From: Minisyncoccota bacterium
GTDB taxonomy: Bacteria; Patescibacteriota; Minisyncoccia; Phycocordibacterales; XYD1-FULL-46-19
DNA length: 64,000 bases
Assembly: GCA_041663165.1 (NCBI GenBank)
Contig: JBAZRF010000003.1
Span: forward strand, 11,364-75,363
Direction of reading: 5' to 3'
A program made the translations under genes and the position numbers. The first letter of the stretch is position 1, and each line of letters opens with the position of its first letter. Shown here piece by piece: positions 8,775-16,805 of this stretch. The notes below the pieces were generated by a model. The model was given only the letters and a program-made list of their open reading frames with translations. It searched no databases and was not told the origin of the DNA.

Positions 8775-8936
8775 CTAAGCAGCGAGATCCATTTCGTCGG
8801 CGGTCGGCTCATCGGACTCTGGGTCGGCCTCAGTATCGGCGGCGCTCACTTTCTCGCAGCAACCACAATTCACATCGTTGCACTTACAAGTGCAATCCTC
8901 AGTACATTTGCAGTCGCTCTTTTTATCGTCGTCCAT
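8775..8936 (-). CDS. Cys-rich small protein, metallothionein-like (53 aa: MDDDKKSDCKCTEDCTCKCNDVNCGCCEKVSAADTEADPESDEPTADEMDLAA)
   Basis: Translated by hand; it is below the ORF-track length cutoff. 10 Cys in 21 residues, arranged as CxC/CC pairs. Confidence 0.45.
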   Translation of the reverse strand: MDDDKKSDCKCTEDCTCKCNDVNCGCCEKVSAADTEADPESDEPTADEMDLAA

Positions 8937-9014
8937 ATTTAATTATTAAAAACTGATAATCCGTCAATTATAGGGTAATTGTATAATTAAAGCAATTGCG
9001 TTATACTCGGAGGA

Positions 9015-9039
9015 GTTCTCCACGGGGAGAATTTTTTTA
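9015..9039 (+). promoter_or_regulatory. Terminator-like hairpin plus U-tract in the typA 5-prime leader (possible attenuator)
   Basis: GGAGTTCTCC-ACGG-GGAGAA followed by TTTTTTT. The alternative pairing GGAG-TT-CTCC is also possible. Confidence 0.3.
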
Positions 9040-9068
9040 CCTCGAAATTAAGTGGGGTTAATCTACAT

Positions 9069-10898
9069 ATGGAAATTCGTAATATTGCCATCATCGCCCA
9101 CGTTGACCACGGTAAAACCAAATTGACCGACGCTCTTTTGCGCCAGACGGGTATGGTAGCCGAGGGCTTTAGTATGGACACTAACGCTCTTGAACAAGAG
9201 CGGGGTATTACGATTTACTCTAAAAATGCCTCGCTGTTCTATCCTTCGACGAGCTCAGGACGTCCCGTAACTAAAATCAATATCGTTGATACTCCGGGCC
9301 ACGCCGACTTTGGTTCAGAGGTTGAACGGGTTTTGCGCTCAATTGATGACGTTGTCTTGGTCGTTGATGCACAGGAAGGGCCAATGCCGCAAACTCGTTT
9401 TGTCTTAAAGAAATCACTTGAGCTTGGTTTGAAACCGATTGTGGTCCTTAATAAAATTGATAAACCGGCCGCTGATCCTAAACGGGCCGAGGAGGAGGTG
9501 CTCGAACTTTTTATGGATCTCGGCGCTCATGATGACCAGCTTAATTTCTCGGTGGTCTACGCGGTTGGTCGAGATGGTATTGCCAAATTGGACCTTGAGG
9601 ATGAGAGCACTGATATTACACCCCTACTCGACACGATTTTGGCCAAAATTCCACCCGCCAAGACCGATACGACCTTGCCATTTCGCGCTCAGCCCTTTAA
9701 TTTGGCCTACGACAACTATTTAGGTCGTTTGGCTATTTGTCGGGTTTATGAGGGAAAAATCAAATCTGGCGATACTGTTATTATTAAAAAATTAGGCAGC
9801 GCCGATTACACCGGTAAAATTACCAAGATTTTTACCTTCCGTGGTTTAGCGCGAGAAGAGGTAAGCGAAGCGACAGCTGGCGATATTGTCATGATTGCTG
9901 GTATCCCGCAAATTTATATCGGCGAGACAATTTGTGTCGAAGCCGATAGCGAATTACTTCCCGCCATTTTGGTTGATGAGCCAACCATTGCTCTTAATTT
10001 TATGGTTAATGACTCGCCGTTTGGCGGTCGGGAAGGCAAATATGTGACTAGCCGGCAGATTCGTGAACGGCTCGAACGAGAACTCGAAGTCAATGTTGGT
10101 CTTAGGGTTGATTTTTCGGGTGGCGATAAATATCAGGTTTTTGGTCGTGGCGAGCTCCATATTTCCATCTTGCTCGAGAATATGCGTCGCGAAGGCTACG
10201 AACTTTGCGTTTCTCAACCCCAAGTAATTATTAAAGAGGTTGACGGAGTAAAAATGGAACCATTTGAAGAGGTAACCATTGATACGCCAACAGAGTTTCA
10301 GGGTGCGATTATCGATCGGCTCGGTCAGCGTGGGGCAGTGATGGCGAGTCTCAAGCCAACTCACCATGGTTCGACGACGGTCCGTTTAACTTTTGAGGGA
10401 CCAACTCGTGGCCTCTTGGGTTACCGCAATCAATTTATTATTGATACTCGTGGCGAAGGGATTATGTCATTTCGCGTTCTCGGTTTCAGGCCTTACGCTG
10501 GCGAAATCCGCAAAACCAGTGTTGGCTCAATGATCTCAATGATCACTGGCAAGGTATTGGCCTATGCTTTAGACAATTTGCAAACTCGCGGCACGCTTTA
10601 TGTCGCGCCTGGTGATGAGGTCTATGAGGGTCAGGTGATCGGCAATACTTCCAAGGGTGAAGAGATGCCTGTTAATCCAATTAAAGGTAAACAGCTCACT
10701 AACATGCGGGCGGCTGGGACCGACGACAAGGTCATGCTTGCCCCACCATTTATTTTAAGTATTGAGCGGGGACTTGAGGTGATGACTGATGACGAGTATC
10801 TTGAAGTCACGCCGAAATCAGTTCGCTTACGCAAAGCGCTTTTAACCGAGACTGAACGCTCACGCTCTAAGCGTACCACCTTCAAGCCCGGAGTTTAA
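9069..10898 (+). CDS. typA: Translational GTPase TypA/BipA
   Basis: AHVDHGKT and DTPGHADF G-motifs, with EF-G-like domain order. Confidence 0.9.
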   Translation: MEIRNIAIIAHVDHGKTKLTDALLRQTGMVAEGFSMDTNALEQERGITIYSKNASLFYPSTSSGRPVTKINIVDTPGHADFGSEVERVLRSIDDVVLVVDAQEGPMPQTRFVLKKSLELGLKPIVVLNKIDKPAADPKRAEEEVLELFMDLGAHDDQLNFSVVYAVGRDGIAKLDLEDESTDITPLLDTILAKIPPAKTDTTLPFRAQPFNLAYDNYLGRLAICRVYEGKIKSGDTVIIKKLGSADYTGKITKIFTFRGLAREEVSEATAGDIVMIAGIPQIYIGETICVEADSELLPAILVDEPTIALNFMVNDSPFGGREGKYVTSRQIRERLERELEVNVGLRVDFSGGDKYQVFGRGELHISILLENMRREGYELCVSQPQVIIKEVDGVKMEPFEEVTIDTPTEFQGAIIDRLGQRGAVMASLKPTHHGSTTVRLTFEGPTRGLLGYRNQFIIDTRGEGIMSFRVLGFRPYAGEIRKTSVGSMISMITGKVLAYALDNLQTRGTLYVAPGDEVYEGQVIGNTSKGEEMPVNPIKGKQLTNMRAAGTDDKVMLAPPFILSIERGLEVMTDDEYLEVTPKSVRLRKALLTETERSRSKRTTFKPGV

Positions 10899-11003
10899 TT
10901 AGAATAAAAAAAGTTGCCGTGCGTGCTTTTTAAAAATGTCTGGCCGAAATCGTAGATTGAGGAGATCCGAGGACTTTTTAAAAAGCAGGCACAAAGCTTT
11001 TTG

Positions 11004-11711
11004 TTACCTTCCCAAATAATGTTTTAGCGTGTACAGCCAATCCTCATCTTGTTCGCCGTCTTCAAGTTTTTGTTTATAAAGCCATTCAAGATAACCGCGG
11101 TCGGTTTTGGCAATTTCTTCAAGTGTTTTATCCTTGTGCTTGCCAAACGGCATTTTTTTATAGATGGTCGGTTGGCTCGAAATTCTGATCATTTCGGCAA
11201 TGGCCGCTTCTTCATCCAAGCCTTGATCCAAGAATTTTTGCAATTGGCGGTTAAAAATCGCTTCAGTTACCAATACGTCACTAAGGGCGTCGTGGGCCGT
11301 GCCCTCGACCTCGAGATCAAGATAATAGCGTAAGAATTGCAGATTATATTCGGGGATAACTCCGTTTTCGTCTAGGTATCGGGCGATGCGCAAAGTGCAA
11401 ATAAACTTCGGCACTTTCAACCCCTCGGCCTCGAGCATGGCGATATCAAATTTGGCATTATGGGCAACCAACGCGTGATTTTCGAGCAAGTCTCTAAGAT
11501 TTCTTTGCATCTCACTGCCCTCAAATGGCGCTTTGTTCTCCACCATTTTGTTGGTGATATGAGTGATGCTCGAGGACTTTATCGAGATGGGTAGCGGGGG
11601 CTTAAAATATTCAGTGTGCGTTTTGGTCGTTGTCTTATAACAGACCTGACAGAGGCGATCTTTGGCCACATCGTTACCAGTGGTTTCGGTATCTAAGAAG
11701 AGGAGTTTCAT
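11004..11711 (-). CDS. DEDD-family 3-prime to 5-prime exonuclease (DnaQ/epsilon-like)
   Basis: LFLDTETTG Exo I motif and HNAKFD Exo II-like motif. Confidence 0.7.
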   Translation of the reverse strand: MKLLFLDTETTGNDVAKDRLCQVCYKTTTKTHTEYFKPPLPISIKSSSITHITNKMVENKAPFEGSEMQRNLRDLLENHALVAHNAKFDIAMLEAEGLKVPKFICTLRIARYLDENGVIPEYNLQFLRYYLDLEVEGTAHDALSDVLVTEAIFNRQLQKFLDQGLDEEAAIAEMIRISSQPTIYKKMPFGKHKDKTLEEIAKTDRGYLEWLYKQKLEDGEQDEDWLYTLKHYLGR

Positions 11712-12427
11712 TACTCGCTGATCGTTACGTTTTTGATAAGCACTTGGTCGATTGGGTGATCATTGGCATCAGTTTTAACATTGCCAATTTTGTTAACAAT
11801 CTCTTGTCCTTTGGTGACCTTGCCAAAAATCGTGTAATTATTTGGCAGCGGATTATCGGCTAACATAATAAAGAATTGCGAGCCGTTAGTATTGGGACCA
11901 GAGTTGGCCATCGCTACCACACCGGTTTTATAGCCAGCTTGATAAGAGGGGGTCGCCGGATTTAACTCATCAGCAAATTGATAACCGGGACCGCCCGTAC
12001 CGCAAGGGCCCTTAGAGCGTTCGGGGGTGCAATTGGGATCGCCGCCTTGAATCATGAAGCCCTTAATAATCCGGTGAAAGGAGAGACCATTATAAAAGCC
12101 TTGGCCGGCTAACTTCACAAAATTAGCCACAGTGTTTGGCGCATCTTGGTTATAAGTGGTGAACTGAATTTGACCGAGCGAAGTTTCTAAAGTAATAAGT
12201 TGCATTTTTTTGTTTTGATTAACTTGTGGTGAGCTTGTCGAACCATTATTCGAACCTGCTTGAGGAACGCTTGAGGTCGCGACATTGATCAAGACGTCTG
12301 GCGAAGTGCTGGCGACTAAAGTATCAAGGGTTGAATTGCCATTTGAGCGGGTGGCGCCCCAGCCGACAATAATTAAGCCGATAACGATTACGATCAAGAT
12401 GATACTGATTAGGGTTTTGTTCTGCAT
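11711..12427 (-). CDS. Peptidyl-prolyl cis-trans isomerase, cyclophilin type, with N-terminal membrane anchor
   Basis: FHRIIKGFMIQGGDP cyclophilin signature plus an N-terminal TM helix. Confidence 0.85.
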   Translation of the reverse strand: MQNKTLISIILIVIVIGLIIVGWGATRSNGNSTLDTLVASTSPDVLINVATSSVPQAGSNNGSTSSPQVNQNKKMQLITLETSLGQIQFTTYNQDAPNTVANFVKLAGQGFYNGLSFHRIIKGFMIQGGDPNCTPERSKGPCGTGGPGYQFADELNPATPSYQAGYKTGVVAMANSGPNTNGSQFFIMLADNPLPNNYTIFGKVTKGQEIVNKIGNVKTDANDHPIDQVLIKNVTISE

Positions 12428-12551
12428 TTATCTAAAAATATTTAGTGATAATGATAAGATTATAACTAAAGTCAGGAAATTTTTATAGTTGACGGTTATT
12501 GTTTTTTTGCGTATAAATAGACCAGGGTTCAGCAACTAAGGAGAGGTTGAT

Positions 12552-12698
12552 ATGCACACGCTGATCTTTTTAGGTGGCGCCGCAGTTGGGCTTGTCGTCG
12601 GGATAGTCGTCGGCGTCCTCTTGGCCTGTATTGTTATGGCCAAGCACGAGGAAAATGAACGTCTGCTGCGGGATCGGGTAGACAGTGATGGGGGCTAA
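12552..12698 (+). CDS. Hypothetical 48-aa membrane peptide
   Basis: SD AAGGAGAGG lies 6 nt upstream of ATG. Single TM helix. Preferred over the antisense ORF 12570-12791. Confidence 0.3.
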   Translation: MHTLIFLGGAAVGLVVGIVVGVLLACIVMAKHEENERLLRDRVDSDGG

Positions 12699-12722
12699 CC
12701 ACCCCCTTAATTTTTTAAAAAA

Positions 12723-13637
12723 ATGAAGAAAAATAATTTCGATAAAGAAATAACTTGGCTTAAACGTGATCGGCCTGATTATTATGCCCAAGGGATAAAA
12801 AGGCTAAAGACTGGCGAGCCTGTCGACTATGTCATCGGCTGGCGAGAATTTTTGGGCTGTAAAATCGATTTGTCGGCAAAGCCCTTGATTCCGCGCGAAG
12901 AGACTGAATTTTGGGTGGGCGAGGTTTTGAGAAGTTGGACTTCGATGAGCCCGAAGTCCAACTTCGCGAAACCGAACAAAGCGGCGTGCGAAGTCGCATT
13001 TAGTTCCACAAAAAACGACTTCTCACAACCGCTTAGAGTCCTCGATTTGTTTGCTGGTTCCGGCTGCATCGGCCTGGCCATTCTTAAACATATTCCTAAC
13101 GCCCATGTTACTTTTGCCGAGAAAGATCCGAAACTTTGCGAGCAAATTAAAAAAAATCTCTCTCTCTTTCCCCCGACAACCCGTAAGGGTGCCCAAGGGT
13201 TGTCGGGTCGAGCGCGGGTCATTCAATCAGACATTTTTCAAGCTTATCGAAGTCGAACTTCGATAAGCCCTAAAAAGTTGGGGATAAAGTATACAAAAAA
13301 CCCTTATTTATTGAAGTTGGACTTCGTGCAAGAGAAATTCGACGTTATCTTCGCTAATCCACCCTATGCCGCCACTAGCAAAATGAAATTAATTAGCCCA
13401 TCGGTGCTCCAGTGGGAACCGAAAAAGGCGGTGCTTGGTGGCGTTGACGGCTTAACTTTTATCAAAAAATTTCTCAAACAAGCCAAAGATCATTTAAATA
13501 CTAATGGGCGAATTTATCTCGAATTTGGTCAGGGGCAAAAAACGAAAATTGAGAAGTTGATTAAACAGTTCGACTACGCTCACTGCCGATTTCATCGGGA
13601 TCAATTCGGCAAATGGCGCTTCGTGGTGATAGAATAA
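12723..13637 (+). CDS. prmC: Release-factor glutamine N5-methyltransferase PrmC/HemK
   Basis: NPPY motif (FANPPY) and SAM-binding DLFAGSGCIG. About 25-30 aa longer than typical because of in-frame repeat inserts. Confidence 0.8.
   Translation: MKKNNFDKEITWLKRDRPDYYAQGIKRLKTGEPVDYVIGWREFLGCKIDLSAKPLIPREETEFWVGEVLRSWTSMSPKSNFAKPNKAACEVAFSSTKNDFSQPLRVLDLFAGSGCIGLAILKHIPNAHVTFAEKDPKLCEQIKKNLSLFPPTTRKGAQGLSGRARVIQSDIFQAYRSRTSISPKKLGIKYTKNPYLLKLDFVQEKFDVIFANPPYAATSKMKLISPSVLQWEPKKAVLGGVDGLTFIKKFLKQAKDHLNTNGRIYLEFGQGQKTKIEKLIKQFDYAHCRFHRDQFGKWRFVVIE
12931..13026. repeat. Composite palindromic element cluster in prmC (GAAGTTGGACTTCG, CGAAGTCCAACTTCG and a family-B unit)
   Basis: Nested inverted repeats. 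Encodes an extra about 30 aa (WTSMSPKSNFAKPNKAACEVAFSSTKNDFS). Confidence 0.7.
13245..13327. repeat. Palindromic elements in prmC (perfect palindrome TTATCGAAGTCGAACTTCGATAA, then AAAAACCCTTATTTATTGAAGTTGGACTTCG)
   Basis: The second unit is the reverse-orientation copy of the uvrC unit at 41078-41110. Confidence 0.65.
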
Positions 13638-13641
13638 AGTC

Positions 13642-13878
13642 ATGGGCGAACATAAGGTAATCGTTTATTCAACTCGGTCTTGCCCTTATTGTATTATCGC
13701 CAAAGAATATTTGGAGAGAGTTGGTGTTCCTTTTGAAAACAAAGATGTTGGCAAAGATCCGATTGCCAGCCAAGAAATGGTCGCCAAGAGCGGGCAAATG
13801 GGCGTACCGGTAATTGAAATTGACGGAGAAATTATTGTCGGTTTTGATTTTGAAACTATTGAAAAATTATTAAGCTAA
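13642..13878 (+). CDS. Glutaredoxin-like protein (NrdH/Grx family)
   Basis: CPYC active site in a 78-aa thioredoxin fold. Confidence 0.75.
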   Translation: MGEHKVIVYSTRSCPYCIIAKEYLERVGVPFENKDVGKDPIASQEMVAKSGQMGVPVIEIDGEIIVGFDFETIEKLLS

Positions 13879-13886
13879 TAAAAATT

Positions 13887-14273
13887 GTGGATAACACAGA
13901 TAACACAAAAGAGACGGGGCCGTCTAGCCAATTTGAGAAATTTCTTGGCCAGACGGTTAAGGTAAAAATTGATCGAGCTTTGGGGTCAAAGCATCCCAAA
14001 CATGATTTTGTTTACGATGCCAATTATGGTTTTGTTCCCGGTGTCATGGCGCCAGACGGCGAAGAATTAGATGCCTATGTTTTAGGTATCTCCGAGCCCG
14101 TTCAGGAATTTGAAGGTAAATGTGTGGCAATTATCCACCGCTTAAACGACGATGACGATAAATTGGTAATCGTCCCGCCCGAAGGCGAAAATATTACCGA
14201 CGAGGAAATTCGCCAAGCCACTAATTTTCAAGAGCAATTTTTTGAGTCGGTTATTATAAGGAAATATAACTAG
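13887..14273 (+). CDS. Inorganic pyrophosphatase-like protein (short form)
   Basis: DGEELDAYVLG resembles the family-I PPase DGDPLDVLV core, but at 128 aa it is shorter than canonical. Confidence 0.45.
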   Translation: MDNTDNTKETGPSSQFEKFLGQTVKVKIDRALGSKHPKHDFVYDANYGFVPGVMAPDGEELDAYVLGISEPVQEFEGKCVAIIHRLNDDDDKLVIVPPEGENITDEEIRQATNFQEQFFESVIIRKYN

Positions 14274-14309
14274 ACAAGTTTTTTAAAAGTAATAGAGTTA
14301 CAAGTGAAT

Positions 14310-14327
14310 GGTTCTTGTTGTTTCAGG
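14310..14327. repeat. Direct repeat GGTTCTTGTTGTTTCAGG; left boundary of the Cys-rich-ORF cassette
   Basis: Matches 14614-14632 (GGGTTCTGTTGTTTATGG). An ACTTCAGGA motif sits next to both copies. Confidence 0.5.
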
Positions 14328-14354
14328 TGCTTAACTTCAGGAAGGAGGCCGCTT

Positions 14355-14573
14355 ATGGCCACAGTCGAGGGTCACGTTCACGTGACCAAAGAGGAAATGG
14401 ACGCTCTTTGCCAGTGTTCATTCCAAGGTACACCGGATGAGAAGAACGCGCAGGGGACAGCCATTCTTGTTCGGATAAGAGACGAGGGCTGCGCTTCTTG
14501 CCGAACGGCCTGGCAGCGGTACATGGCCTCGCACAAGTGCTCACCCTGCCCGGCGGAGGCATCCAACGTGTGA
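14355..14573 (+). CDS. Cys-rich small protein (72 aa) in a GC-rich cassette
   Basis: Consensus SD GGAAGGAGG lies 6 nt upstream. 8 Cys (CQC...CASC...CSPC). GC-rich compared with flanks. Confidence 0.4.
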   Translation: MATVEGHVHVTKEEMDALCQCSFQGTPDEKNAQGTAILVRIRDEGCASCRTAWQRYMASHKCSPCPAEASNV

Positions 14574-14613
14574 ACCCGTTCTGCGCTCGTCCTACTTCAG
14601 GACCTGCGTGGGC

Positions 14614-14632
14614 GGGTTCTGTTGTTTATGGT
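14614..14632. repeat. Direct repeat; right boundary of the Cys-rich-ORF cassette
   Basis: See 14310-14327. Confidence 0.5.
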
Positions 14633-14644
14633 AGGATTATTAAA

Positions 14645-15901
14645 ATGAAAAAAGACGAAAACTATGAGGTAATAGTTATCGGTGGCGGGCCGTCGGGGAT
14701 GATGGCAGCGGGGATTGCCGGTGAGAAAGGCAAACGGGTCTTGTTGTTAGAGAAAAATGAAAGATTGGGCGATAAACTCAAGGCGACTGGCGGCGGGCGG
14801 TGCAATATCACTAATGCCGAGGAGGACAAGGAGGCCTTGCTTCGTCATTATGGCGAGGCTAAAGATTTTCTCCAATCGCCCTTTGCGCAATTTGGCGTGG
14901 CCGATACTTTTAAATTTTTCGAATCGCACGGCTTACCCCTCGTGGTTGAGGCACGCAAACGAGCCTTCCCGGCGACCCAAAAAGCTGAAGATGTTTTTCG
15001 CGTGCTGGAGAAATTCATGCGGGCCGGTAAAGTTACCGTTAAAACCGGCGCTAAGGTAGTGAAATTGATTAAAGATAATGATCAAAAAGTCACGGGAGTG
15101 ATACTTTCAAATCACGACAAGCACTTTGCCTCAAATTTCATTTTCGCCACTGGCGGTCTCTCGCACCCCGAACTGGGCGCCACAGGCGATGGCTTTGCTT
15201 GGCTTCGCTCGCTTGGTCATAAGGTTAAAGAATCTTCGCCCGATATTGTACCGCTCGCGGTTAAAGAGAAGTGGGCTAAGGATCTCTCTGGTGTGTCGCT
15301 CTCGTTTATGAAGATTACTTTTTTCTTAGATGGAGTTAAAAGGTTTTCAAAAAAAGGCAAAATTCTTTTTACTCATTTTGGTTTGTCGAGTCCCCTAATC
15401 CTAAATAGCGCGCGCGAGGTTAAACCGTTAATTCAAACTGGTGGTATCGTTACGGCCACCATCGACACTTGCCCCGATACCGATATCGGTTCGCTTGAAA
15501 AGCAGGTGATCAAAATTTTAGATCAAAATAAAAATAAGGTTTTAAAAAACACCTTACCGGCGCTCGCCCCTGACGGGCTCGCGCCAGCGTTAGCCCTCTT
15601 GCTTGCCAAAAAGCTCAACCTCGATAAAAAAGTCCACAGTATTACCAAAGATGAGCGTCGTGTTATTGTCGATTTGCTCAAAGCTTTGCCTCTCACCATT
15701 ACCGGCCTCATGGGCTTCGATCGTGCCGTGGTCTCCGATGGGGGAGTTGAACTGGCCGAAATTGATCTCCGCACCATGCGCTCGCGTCTCCACCCCAACA
15801 TCTACGTTACTGGCGATCTCCTCAATATCTCCCGCCCCTCCGGCGGCTTCTCTCTCCAACTCTGCTGGACCACAGGGTATGTAGCCGGGAGGAGTGTGTA
15901 A
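14645..15901 (+). CDS. FAD-dependent oxidoreductase, HI0933/BaiN-like flavoprotein family
   Basis: N-terminal Rossmann VIVIGGGPSGMMAAG with HI0933-like layout. The ORF-track start at 14498 is an upstream over-extension into the cassette. Confidence 0.8.
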   Translation: MKKDENYEVIVIGGGPSGMMAAGIAGEKGKRVLLLEKNERLGDKLKATGGGRCNITNAEEDKEALLRHYGEAKDFLQSPFAQFGVADTFKFFESHGLPLVVEARKRAFPATQKAEDVFRVLEKFMRAGKVTVKTGAKVVKLIKDNDQKVTGVILSNHDKHFASNFIFATGGLSHPELGATGDGFAWLRSLGHKVKESSPDIVPLAVKEKWAKDLSGVSLSFMKITFFLDGVKRFSKKGKILFTHFGLSSPLILNSAREVKPLIQTGGIVTATIDTCPDTDIGSLEKQVIKILDQNKNKVLKNTLPALAPDGLAPALALLLAKKLNLDKKVHSITKDERRVIVDLLKALPLTITGLMGFDRAVVSDGGVELAEIDLRTMRSRLHPNIYVTGDLLNISRPSGGFSLQLCWTTGYVAGRSV

Positions 15902-15902
15902 G
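15854..15902 (+). repeat. Repeat copy A: the 3-prime end of the flavoprotein gene (CTCCAACTCTGCTGGACCACAGGGTATGTAGCCGGGAGGAGTGTGTAAG)
   Basis: Repeated at 16682-16762, with a 31-nt internal insertion, and partly at 18393-18425. Confidence 0.85.
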
Positions 15903-15904
15903 TA

Positions 15905-15933
15905 TTGACATAATACGATACAGGCCTTATAAT
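15905..15933 (+). promoter_or_regulatory. Consensus sigma70-type promoter (TTGACA-17nt-TATAAT) driving the cassette membrane-protein gene
   Basis: Exact TTGACA at 15905-15910, a 17-nt spacer, and exact TATAAT at 15928-15933. Confidence 0.5.
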
Positions 15934-16013
15934 AATAAATAGATGTTTGCCGTAAGCCGAAGAATGTTTTCTTCGGGGCGGATTGTTTTTAGACAGGAAG
16001 GAGGACGGACTGG

Positions 16014-16610
16014 ATGTTGATTGGAAAAATGCTAGGTCTGGTGGCGGCGCTGTTGCAGACCGTCGCCTATCTTGATTACAACCAGAAGGTGCTTCGAGGG
16101 GAAACAAAGCCGAATGGTGCAACCTGGCTCATCTGGGCCTCGCTTGCGGGGCTAAACGCTTCGAGCTACCTGGTCATGACCAGCAGGGAACTTGCAACGG
16201 CTCTCTTGCCGCTTATCAACACTCTTCTTTGTATCGGGACATTTTTTCTTGCTCTCCGATTGAGAAAGTTTGATTGGCCGGATCTCTGGGATTGGCTGGC
16301 TCTGGCGACGGGACTAATTTCTGCCGTGACTTGGTGGCAGTACCAGTCAGCAGTGTCGGCCAACATGATCTTGCAGTTCGCGATATTTTTGGGTTTTATC
16401 CCAACTTATCGTCTGGTCTGGCGAGATCCTCAAGCAGAACGCCCGCGCCCTTGGTGGATTTGGGTGGGAGCCTATTGCGTCCTGACCATAACCGTAATCG
16501 TGTGCTGGAAAAACCAATGGCAAGACCTCGGCTATCCGGTAAACTGCTTGGTGCTCCACAGCCTAGTGCCCGGTATCGCGTTCGCGAGCTTCAAGCTAAG
16601 GGTTAAGTAA
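16014..16610 (+). CDS. Hypothetical polytopic membrane protein (198 aa) in a GC-rich cassette
   Basis: GGAAGGAGG SD lies 9 nt upstream. About 5 TM helices. GC-rich. Confidence 0.5.
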   Translation: MLIGKMLGLVAALLQTVAYLDYNQKVLRGETKPNGATWLIWASLAGLNASSYLVMTSRELATALLPLINTLLCIGTFFLALRLRKFDWPDLWDWLALATGLISAVTWWQYQSAVSANMILQFAIFLGFIPTYRLVWRDPQAERPRPWWIWVGAYCVLTITVIVCWKNQWQDLGYPVNCLVLHSLVPGIAFASFKLRVK

Positions 16611-16630
16611 TTGAATCATCGCCCACAACG

Positions 16631-16656
16631 AAAACCGTTGGAGGGCGGTTTTCTAT
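16631..16656 (+). terminator. Rho-independent terminator-like hairpin (AAAACCG-TTGGAGGG-CGGTTTT)
   Basis: Stem plus T-tract directly after the 16014-16610 gene. Confidence 0.4.
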
Positions 16657-16681
16657 TGTTTCAAATACGTTCGAATCTTTC

Positions 16682-16762
16682 CTCCAACTCTGCTGGACCA
16701 CGGGGTATGTGCCTTGCCGGCCGTAATCTCGATGAAGGCTGAGCCGGGAGGAGTGTGTAAGG
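16682..16762 (+). repeat. Repeat copy B: a degenerate duplicate of the flavoprotein 3-prime end
   Basis: CTCCAACTCTGCTGGACCACGGGGTATGT, a 31-nt insertion, then GCCGGGAGGAGTGTGTAAGG. Confidence 0.85.
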
Positions 16763-16805
16763 TCCAATCTTCTGTTTTGGCGCATTTGTGGTATAATGCA
16801 ATGGT

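Noticed and set aside
12570-12791. Minus-strand 73-aa ORF
   Set aside because: It is antisense to a plus-strand 48-aa TM peptide that has a good SD, and it overlaps the prmC start, so the plus-strand gene is preferred.
14498-14644. N-terminal extension of the flavoprotein ORF in the track (start at 14498)
   Set aside because: The conserved Rossmann start MKKDENYEVIVIGGGPSG begins at 14645. The extension runs into the GC-rich cassette and overlaps the Cys-rich ORF.
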